64,000 nucleotides of DNA, taken from assembly GCA_050013255.1 (NCBI GenBank), contig JBEKFP010000001.1, positions 1,216,001-1,280,000 on the forward strand, in the 5' to 3' direction. The notes below the pieces were generated by a model. That model searched no databases, had not been told where the DNA came from, and was given only the letters and a program-made list of their open reading frames with translations. Position 1 is the stretch's first letter, and each line of letters begins with the position of its first letter. Origin of the DNA: Candidatus Bathyarchaeia archaeon. GTDB lineage: Archaea; Thermoproteota; Bathyarchaeia; 40CM-2-53-6. Of the stretch, positions 9,846 through 17,431 are shown in pieces. The translations under genes and the position numbers were made by a program.

Positions 9846-10544
9846 TCATGGGATGGTGAAGTAGAGCCTTCTGTTGCTTTTGCCTTTGTTTTCGAATTTC
9901 GACGGGTCTATCCTGGTTATTTCCCCAAGCTCTTTCACGTGGACACCGCCGTCGGCTTGGATATCGTATCCTTCGATTTCTACGATGCGGAGTTCCTTAA
10001 CGTCGGGTGGGGCAGCGGCTGCGAGTTTTATGATACCCGGAATCTTCATTGCCTCTTCCTTTTGCATGAAATATGTTTTGACCTTCGGGTTCTTGGCAAT
10101 AGCTTCGTTAGCCTGCTTGCAGTGGAGAAGCATTTTCTCTCTATCGAAGTTCTCTAGGCTGAAATCTATCCTTGACTTGTCGGGTTCTATTTGGTTCCCT
10201 GTGATCAGGGCGCCGGTTTCCTTGTTGAATATGGAGCTGAGAAGGTGCGCGGAGGTGTGCATCCTCATTATCCTATGCCGCCTGTCCCAGTCAAGGTTTC
10301 CATGCACACTACTTCCTGAACTCAAAGCAGCAGCCGATTCGACTACGTGTACGATGGAATCGTTGGCTCCTTTTATTGTGTCAAGGACCTTCACATTACC
10401 CAAGGTCCCAATATCTCCAACCAGTCCCCCTCCACGAGGATTAAACGCGGTCTGGTCGAGCACCACTTGATTGCCATCAACAGACAGGATTTTTGCGTCA
10501 AATTCCTTGATGTATGCATCATCCCAGAAGAGCTTCTTGGTCAT
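9846..10544 (-). CDS. alaX: Alanyl-tRNA editing protein AlaX-M
   Basis: LDQTAFNPRGGG, MRMHTSAH, DGGVH, ENKGKSNRR. Confidence 0.92.
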   Translation of the reverse strand: MTKKLFWDDAYIKEFDAKILSVDGNQVVLDQTAFNPRGGGLVGDIGTLGNVKVLDTIKGANDSIVHVVESAAALSSGSSVHGNLDWDRRHRIMRMHTSAHLLSSIFNKETGALITGNQIEPDKSRIDFSLENFDREKMLLHCKQANEAIAKNPKVKTYFMQKEEAMKIPGIIKLAAAAPPDVKELRIVEIEGYDIQADGGVHVKELGEITRIDPSKFENKGKSNRRLYFTIP

Positions 10545-10627
10545 TGGTTAGGGCCGAGGGTAGGCAGTTCACTGGCCGGAAAAAGGTTTGCGGGACCTTA
10601 AATCCAATCCAAGCATACTGACAACCT

Positions 10628-11104
10628 ATGACTCGCCCGAGTTGGGACGAATACTTCCTAAAAATCGTGGATACCGTCTCTGAACGGTCAACGTGTGACA
10701 GGGGGAAAGCCGGTGCATTAGTCGTGAAAGATCGGAGAATTCTGTCGACTGGCTATGCTGGGTCTCCCCCAGGCCAACCGCACTGTGACGAAGCGGGGCA
10801 TATGATGAGAAGAGTCGTTGATGAAGACGATAACATTAGCCAACACTGCGTCAGAACCATACACGCCGAAGCCAATGCCCTAATCCAAGCCGCAAAATTC
10901 GGAACACCCGTAGAGGGGGCAACGCTATACTCGAAATTCGAACCTTGCTATGCATGCGCCATGATCACTGTAGGCGCCGGAATCAGAAGAGTAGTTGCAA
11001 GAAAGAGATACCACGCCGCCGAAGAGACTAGAAAGCTCTTTGAGAATGCAGGTGTCGAAATGGTTGTGATCGAAGACAACGTCATGAGTTACGAAAATCA
11101 ATAG
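10628..11104 (+). CDS. dCMP deaminase family protein
   Basis: RPSWDEYF, RSTC, HAE...PCxxC. Confidence 0.9.
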   Translation: MTRPSWDEYFLKIVDTVSERSTCDRGKAGALVVKDRRILSTGYAGSPPGQPHCDEAGHMMRRVVDEDDNISQHCVRTIHAEANALIQAAKFGTPVEGATLYSKFEPCYACAMITVGAGIRRVVARKRYHAAEETRKLFENAGVEMVVIEDNVMSYENQ

Positions 11105-11156
11105 CTCCTAGACATACAACCGAATTCATGTGTTAACGCCCGGTGTGGGTCAGATA

Positions 11157-12533
11157 ATGGATAAAATTCTCATAGAAGAGTTCGAGAGGATCGTAGGGAA
11201 GCCTAACGTAGTAACTAACATCGAACAAATGCAAAATTACCTAGTCGATGAAACCCCTCCCTCAGTCAGGCCGAAGCCAGCTAACGATCTTGCTTTGATA
11301 AGGCCGGCCGATACTCAACAGGTCTCCTCGGTGCTACGACTTGCGAGCAAGAGTCGGCTGCCGGTTTTCCCTAGAGGAGGCGGCACGGGCCTTGTGGGCG
11401 GTGCCGTCCCGACGAGGGGCGGGATAATCCTCTCAATGGAGAGGATGAACGGAATCGAGATAGACGAAGCCAATCTCCTAGCGATCGCAGATGCCGGGGT
11501 CACGCTCGGAGGGCTTGTGAACGCAGCGGAAGAGGTCGGCTTATCTTTTCCACCCCATCCGGGCGATGAACATGCCCAGGTGGGCGGGCTCGTGGCGACG
11601 AATGCTGGAGGGTCCCGAGCAGTGAGACACGGGGTGATGAGAAATCAGGTTAGGGGAATGGAAGCCGTGCTTCCGACTGGAGAAATATTGAAGCTTGGAG
11701 GGCGGCTCCATAAGAACAACGTAGGGTACGACCTTATGCAGCTCATTATAGGTAGCGAAGGAACGCTTGCAGTAATAACCAAAGTGATCCTCCGACTCTA
11801 CCCCAAGCCTGGAGCAACGATGACCCTCATCGTGCCCTACGACAACCGACACGATGCACTATCAAGCGTCCCAAAGATACTGCATTCAAGCACCCCGCTC
11901 GCCGTAGAGTATGTCGAGAGAGACCTACTGGAGAGAACCGCAAAACGCCTAAACGCAAATTGGCCGGTAAAGACGGGAAGAAGCCATCTAATCGTAATGA
12001 TGTCCGAACCCAACAGAGATCAAGTTCTTTCAGAAAGCCTCAAAGTAGCGGAAATATGCCGAGAGAACACGAATTACGAAACGTTTGTTGCGGAATCAAA
12101 GAGTGACCAAGATAATATTCTCAGAATAAGAAGCGACATTTACTTCGCCTTGAAGAGCGAAACGATGGACCTCTTGGACATAACTGTGCCCACTGCTGAG
12201 TTAGAGAAAGTGATGGGAGAGATAGAGAACGTCGCGACGAGACGGGCCGCCTTGCTCGAAGTCTTTGGGCATGCAGCGGATGGGAACCTTCACGTCCACA
12301 TAATGAAAAAAGAAGGCGAGGGCGCAAAATACGTGGAGGACCTGAGGAACGAGATCTATGAGATTGCGACGAGGGCTGGGGGCGTAATTACGGGGGAGCA
12401 CGGAATCGGGAAGATAAGGACGAAGAAGCTCGAATCGCTCATGACGAGGAAAGAGTTCGAACTGATGAAGAGCGTTAAGAGGATGTTCGATCCGGACGGG
12501 ATACTGAACCCTGGAACCAAGATACCTGCCTAA
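11157..12533 (+). CDS. FAD-binding oxidoreductase (GlcD/D-lactate dehydrogenase family)
   Basis: PRGGGTGLVGG, GSEGTLA, GHAADGNLH, GEHGIG, DPDGILNPG. Confidence 0.92.
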   Translation: MDKILIEEFERIVGKPNVVTNIEQMQNYLVDETPPSVRPKPANDLALIRPADTQQVSSVLRLASKSRLPVFPRGGGTGLVGGAVPTRGGIILSMERMNGIEIDEANLLAIADAGVTLGGLVNAAEEVGLSFPPHPGDEHAQVGGLVATNAGGSRAVRHGVMRNQVRGMEAVLPTGEILKLGGRLHKNNVGYDLMQLIIGSEGTLAVITKVILRLYPKPGATMTLIVPYDNRHDALSSVPKILHSSTPLAVEYVERDLLERTAKRLNANWPVKTGRSHLIVMMSEPNRDQVLSESLKVAEICRENTNYETFVAESKSDQDNILRIRSDIYFALKSETMDLLDITVPTAELEKVMGEIENVATRRAALLEVFGHAADGNLHVHIMKKEGEGAKYVEDLRNEIYEIATRAGGVITGEHGIGKIRTKKLESLMTRKEFELMKSVKRMFDPDGILNPGTKIPA

Positions 12534-12748
12534 GGCTCGTTGAGCCGGGCCTGTAGACCGGTTCGTATGAGGGGATCGAGGCGTAAAATGAGGCGAGGGT
12601 TGCCTTCGTTTGGCACCGTTTGGCACCACCCCAAGATGGGTGGATCCACCCTCTTCCTTGCGAAAGGTTGTGGCGAAGCTACGGGATTTTGGCCATCATG
12701 GGAGCAGGGTTGTGCGCGCACGCTTGACAGGGGGGGTAGGGGGGGTGG

Positions 12749-12802
12749 GGTTCTGGTAACTTTTGAAGGGGGCTTTTCTCAGTGGTAACTGGGTAGGGGG
12801 GC
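12749..12802 (-). repeat. Bipartite GCCCCC..GTTACCA..AGAACC site, copy L (inverted relative to M and R)
   Basis: Reverse complement reads GCCCCCCTACCCAGTTACCACTGAGAAAAGCCCCCTTCAAAAGTTACCAGAACC. Confidence 0.65.
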
Positions 12803-12838
12803 GTTTTAAATGGCTATCATCACCTATGAAAGATAGCC

Positions 12839-13566
12839 ATGTATCAGAAACTCGGCCATTCCCTAGTGAAGTTCGTAAAGGCCATCTTCGGACTTGCCTT
12901 CATGCTCATAGTTACGGTTGGATTAGCGGTTGCGGCAGTCTACCTGATTCAACTCGTACTCATCCCAGCGGCCCAAGGGTTCGTATCGAATCTAGCCGTT
13001 ATCGTTGGCATAACGGAAGTTATCATAGCGATAGCCATAGGCGCAGAGGCTTTTGTTGGAGTTTCCACTTTTTTATGGAACGACGAGATAGGCACTATCA
13101 CTACTTGAATGAGCAAGTTTTCAAGCCTCTTTCAGAACTCCGAGTAGAACGGAAGTCCACTCCAACTAGAACAGAAATCCACCTATTGTCGATACGAGTT
13201 CCGAAAGATGCCTATCTGTGGGAGTCTGCGGTAAAGCACATGATGAAAGGCGATGAACTTAGACGGGGTATGCCTGAGTTTATCAAGAAAGTTGAGAAGA
13301 AGATTGAGGTTCACAATCAACAAGCCGCTTCTTTCAGTGGACCAGAGTTGGAAAATGCCGTAGAAGATTTGATGCGTGCTCAAAGAGGAAGGGGAGAGGT
13401 TAGACTCACTGACCTAGAACGTAGCACAAGCGAGATTGATGCCGATGTAGAGGCCATACGAGGCGCATTTTCCTCTATATCTAAGGCCATTGAAGTTGAC
13501 CAGTATAGCGTAAAGGCGGATTGCTGTCCGACAATTAGAACCATACTAAGGCAATATTGGTTCTAG
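12839..13566 (+). CDS. Membrane-anchored hypothetical protein interrupted by a -1 frameshift at ~13075
   Basis: TM-rich ORF 12839-13108 continues in the -1 frame as ERRDRHYHYLNEQVFKPL... to 13566. Confidence 0.6.
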
Positions 13567-13737
13567 TCCTCGTTCTTCGCTAGATCGAAGGGCAACGAAT
13601 CTACTACGACTACCTACGCCCACACACAGCCCTCGATGGCAAGACACCAGCGCAAGCGGCTGGAATCGAACTTGGCTTGACAGGGAACAAGTGGGAATCC
13701 ATAATAAGAAAGTCTGCAAAGAATTGCTCTGATAGAC

Positions 13738-13932
13738 ATGCCAACAATATTCAAGACCAAACGTAGCATTGATACGCGTATTGTGAGTAATGCAATCCGA
13801 AACGCTGGCTTCAAAGACATTTCAATGGTTGTATCTTCAGATGACAACAACAATACCACTATCGTTAGGGTCGATTCGCCGCTAAGCCCAGAAGACGAAA
13901 CGAAGATCAGGAAAATAGTCGACGGTCTCTAG
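13738..13932 (+). CDS. Small hypothetical protein (64 aa)
   Basis: ATG ORF with alpha/beta pattern; stop codon abuts repeat site M. Confidence 0.55.
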   Translation: MPTIFKTKRSIDTRIVSNAIRNAGFKDISMVVSSDDNNNTTIVRVDSPLSPEDETKIRKIVDGL

Positions 13933-13935
13933 GCT

Positions 13936-13986
13936 GCCCCCAGAAGTTACCAGACCAACAAACCACCCACCTAAGTTACTAGAACC
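13936..13986 (+). repeat. Bipartite site, copy M
   Basis: GCCCCCAGAAGTTACCAGACCAACAAACCACCCACCTAAGTTACTAGAACC. Confidence 0.65.
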
Positions 13987-14017
13987 TACAACGCTGTACC
14001 CCCTACAAGTTGAAGGA

Positions 14018-14344
14018 ATGCAAATGGGCGACAAAACCGTCTTCCTAAAAGATGTAACCATTGCTTTTCTATCTACGAGTGCGCTGCTTCTTACATTGGT
14101 CTTGGCATTCATTTCACCGTCACTTCCAAAATTGGCGGTCACGAAATACCTAGTTTTGTTTGCAACAGTAGGGTTCTTCTTTACCGGTTTTATGAGCGCA
14201 TATACCTTAGTTGCTTTAGGAGGCGTTGTTGGAGGTGACGATAGAGCACTAGGAGTGCGAAGCCTGTTACTCTTCCAATTCTTTCCTTTCTTTCTAGGAC
14301 TGCTCTTTCTCTTGGTAGCCGTCGTGCTTGAACTCCAGCTCTAA
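14018..14344 (+). CDS. Small 3-TM membrane protein
   Basis: Three hydrophobic helices; stop codon abuts repeat site R. Confidence 0.6.
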   Translation: MQMGDKTVFLKDVTIAFLSTSALLLTLVLAFISPSLPKLAVTKYLVLFATVGFFFTGFMSAYTLVALGGVVGGDDRALGVRSLLLFQFFPFFLGLLFLLVAVVLELQL

Positions 14345-14346
14345 GT

Positions 14347-14407
14347 GCCCCCCAGTTGTTAGCACCAACAAAATCTAGACGTGCCCCCCATCCAACTTAG
14401 CAGAACC
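14347..14407 (+). repeat. Bipartite site, copy R
   Basis: GCCCCCCAGTTGTTAGCACCAACAAAATCTAGACGTGCCCCCCATCCAACTTAGCAGAACC. Confidence 0.6.
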
Positions 14408-14607
14408 GGGGGTGGTGCATTTTTTGGAGTCAGACGGGGTTGATTTTGGGCCGTTTTGGTTGGAGAGCAACATCAGGCTTGGGATGTTTTGGTTATCATG
14501 TACCTCTTCCCTGGCGAATATGGTCCTCTTCATGTGCGAATGTATTGGCCAGCATACATATCCAATGATTGGGTGTCATACACCCGGACGCCCCTTGGCC
14601 TCTTATC

Positions 14608-14751
14608 TTAGAGTCTGGGCAGGTATTCGCGCATTAGAAGACCGCACTTTGCGCATCTTACGAGTTTGAGGAGCCTTCCGTCCTTGTCGAAGTCTTCCCC
14701 AATCTCGTGCACGCGCGTGTGTTGGCAGTCTTCAAGGATTAGTGACTGCAT
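14608..14751 (-). CDS. Small zinc-finger protein (47 aa, not in ORF track)
   Basis: MQSLILEDCQHTRVHEIGEDFDKDGRLLKLVRCAKCGLLMREYLPRL, with CxH...CxxC. Confidence 0.6.
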   Translation of the reverse strand: MQSLILEDCQHTRVHEIGEDFDKDGRLLKLVRCAKCGLLMREYLPRL

Positions 14752-14819
14752 TCTCTCGCCTCTATGCCATACGGAATAATATTTCGTGTTCTTAAGCCAA
14801 TCCTCTGACTGTCAAAAGC

Positions 14820-15137
14820 CTACGGGCTGGGTGGCTTGGACTTACGTAGGCATAGACCGAGCCAGACTATTCCGATGATGGCGATGACCACAGCTACGAG
14901 CATCACGCTACCCACGATGCCCCCATACGGGTTGACGTTTCCGAACTGGCGAACCCTCGTAAAGTTCCCAAACTGATTTCCCGTGAAGTTTCCTGGATTG
15001 AAGGAAGGGCGGGATCGAAACATTTGGCTGAACATGTACGAACGAACAGCATTGTACGCCGTGGTTACAGCCGCAAGAACCACGCCAACCAAAGCCACTA
15101 AGTACGCATATATTGTCTGCTTATCATTACCGACCAA
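14820..15137 (-). CDS. Small 2-TM membrane protein with GNF-rich loop
   Basis: Two TM helices around FNPGNFTGNQFGNFT. Confidence 0.6.
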   Translation of the reverse strand: MVGNDKQTIYAYLVALVGVVLAAVTTAYNAVRSYMFSQMFRSRPSFNPGNFTGNQFGNFTRVRQFGNVNPYGGIVGSVMLVAVVIAIIGIVWLGLCLRKSKPPSP

Positions 15138-15426
15138 TTAACTACACACCGTAGTTAGCCCTCTACCCAGCCCACTATATAACCCGCATGGATGAATCAT
15201 CCACCGAACCTCGTAATATGTCGAGAACCCACCTAAGACAGGCTCCCCAAGGCCGTCTTCGTTTGGCGGCTCGTGTTGTCAAAAACTGTTTTTACAGCCC
15301 CGGACACCAAACACGAACTTGTCAGCAGTTCTTCAGAGATTGGACTGTCACCTTGACACTGTTCTATTTGTGATCAACTTGCAGCAACTCATAAACGTAA
15401 ACGAGGCAACTTCCAAGTGGGATTAA

Positions 15427-15918
15427 ATGCAGTCAACTACACGCTGCCCCCGCTGCGGATATGTGCTGACCTACAGCGGGTCCGCGTATTATTGCAACTT
15501 CTGCGGTTATCCTCGAACGCAAGATACACTTACCCCAGCACTTCATTCCCTTAAGAAGAAGGTTAGCGATAGAATCCAACGATTTCTCGCCGAACTCAAA
15601 CCCAAGATACCGCCTCAACCAAGCTACTATCCGGTTAATGTCATCATGCAGCCTTGCATCAACTGCAGCTTTAGCTTTCCAAAAATGGCCCAAATCTGCC
15701 CTTCCTGCGGCACACAGCGCGCAATTGTTTCCCAAAACACTACGGAAATTTCGACTACTGGAACTCATGACCTTGACCGCAGAGTTTTCGATTATATTTC
15801 CGCCCATGGAGGAACTATCTCTCTCTCACAAGCTGCGCAGGATCTCGCTATCACCCAGGCGACCTTGCTCACATCCATCGAGCGACTGAAAAACGGAGGA
15901 TTCCTGAGTCAGTCTTGA
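15427..15918 (+). CDS. Zinc-ribbon protein with C-terminal winged-helix
   Basis: Four CxxC pairs; VFDYISAHGGTISLSQAAQDL. Confidence 0.7.
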   Translation: MQSTTRCPRCGYVLTYSGSAYYCNFCGYPRTQDTLTPALHSLKKKVSDRIQRFLAELKPKIPPQPSYYPVNVIMQPCINCSFSFPKMAQICPSCGTQRAIVSQNTTEISTTGTHDLDRRVFDYISAHGGTISLSQAAQDLAITQATLLTSIERLKNGGFLSQS

Positions 15919-16074
15919 AATGCAAGCGAGACCGAAATTTCGTCCTTTGGTTGACAGGCGACGATAGGATAGGCCGCTTGGAAACTCAAGTTAGATTGGT
16001 AGCCGGCTTAGTTGTGGACTAGTTTCCTCAAACACTCCTAACGCGTCCGCTTTGTCTGCGTTTGGCTCGTGGTT

Positions 16075-16233
16075 TCAGAAACTGTTTGGTGCAGTTCCAG
16101 GGTGAATTTGATAGAGTGTAACCTTCGCTAAGCCGAATATCCTCCGAATCAATGACCGAAGTTTGCGAAATGCCCGCTTTGCGTAAAAGAGAATAAGTGC
16201 CCAGACGCTTACGAGTACTGCAATTATCTCCAT
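16075..16233 (-). CDS. Putative small membrane peptide (52 aa)
   Basis: MEIIAVLVSVWALILFYAKRAFRKLRSLIRRIFG: TM plus basic amphipathic helix. Confidence 0.35.
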   Translation of the reverse strand: MEIIAVLVSVWALILFYAKRAFRKLRSLIRRIFGLAKVTLYQIHPGTAPNSF

Positions 16234-16464
16234 ATGAAGCATAGGATCCAAATCAAATACCCAGCAAACGCGACCAGAACCTCTTCTTATCTCTTATCCA
16301 GCCCTTTCAAATGGGAATTTACAGGCCAAGACACCAACAAGGACTTGACGGCACACGTAGTCAGGAGGCTCGCAAAAGTCCCGAATAGTATATGGAAATC
16401 GTTCTAAGGAGATATAGCGCGGGTCAAATGATGTGGAAGGCCAGAGAACCAGTAGTTGTAGTAG

Positions 16465-17427
16465 TTGTTAGAGCAATACAGCGCTCTAAACGAGCACGGG
16501 CATCGTGAGAATAGTATCGAACAGACTGCTGGAACGATTTTTGATATAGTAAAATTCTCCACCCACGACGGCCCAGGAATCCGAACGGCCGTCTTCTTCA
16601 AAGGGTGTCCCCTTCATTGCTGGTGGTGCCACAACCCTGAGGGGCAGTTTTCAGTAGCGCAACTCGTTTACCGGGAAGAGAGATGCATCCGATGCTTCAG
16701 TTGCGTAGAAGCGTGCCCGAATCGTGCCATCAAGATCGTAGACGGTACTCCAACTATTCTGAGAGATGCCTGTAGGCTTTCTGGCCTGTGCGTTCGGGTG
16801 TGCCAGACGAAAGCTAGAGAAATGGCGGGGAAGCGGGTCAGGGTCTCCGATGTTATGGAAGAGGTGGAGAAGGACAATATCTTCTATGACGAATCTGGGG
16901 GCGGGGCCACCTTCTCAGGCGGCGAACCCTTCATGCAACCCACCTTTCTTCAAAACCTACTTGAAGCCTGTAAGGAGAGAAGGATCCACACCGCCGTGGA
17001 GACTTGCGGGTTCGTAAACGCCGAGACTCTGATGGCCAGCTGCCCGTACGTGGATTTGTATTTGTACGATTTGAAGGTCATAGATAACGAAACGCATCGT
17101 AGGTTCACCGGCGTGTCGAATGAATTAATACTGAAGAACTTGCGGCAACTATCCCGCTCCCACGAACATGTGATTGTTCGCTTTCCCATTATCCCAGGCG
17201 TGAATGACGATGACGAGAACGTCCTTCGACTGGGCGAATTCGTGTCATCGTTGGGAAGCGTGAAAGAAATTGATGTTCTTCCCTACCACGAACTTGGCGT
17301 TGAAAAGTACAAGCGACTTGGAATGATGAATAGAATGCCGGAAGTCGAGCTGCCTTCCTCCGTGAGAGTGAGTGGGATAGTGGAGAAATTGGAAGGTTTT
17401 GGCTTATTGGTTAAGGTAGGAGGTTGA
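16465..17427 (+). CDS. Glycyl-radical enzyme activating enzyme (radical SAM with ferredoxin insert)
   Basis: HDGPGIRTAVFFKGCPLHCWWCHNPE, CxxCxxCxxxC insert, SGGEP, LPYH. Confidence 0.95.
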   Translation: MLEQYSALNEHGHRENSIEQTAGTIFDIVKFSTHDGPGIRTAVFFKGCPLHCWWCHNPEGQFSVAQLVYREERCIRCFSCVEACPNRAIKIVDGTPTILRDACRLSGLCVRVCQTKAREMAGKRVRVSDVMEEVEKDNIFYDESGGGATFSGGEPFMQPTFLQNLLEACKERRIHTAVETCGFVNAETLMASCPYVDLYLYDLKVIDNETHRRFTGVSNELILKNLRQLSRSHEHVIVRFPIIPGVNDDDENVLRLGEFVSSLGSVKEIDVLPYHELGVEKYKRLGMMNRMPEVELPSSVRVSGIVEKLEGFGLLVKVGG

Positions 17428-17431
17428 CGAG

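Noticed and set aside
9935-9960. AlaX with DGGVH instead of CGGxH
   Set aside because: To my recollection the Asp variant occurs in other archaeal AlaX-M proteins, so it is not treated as novel
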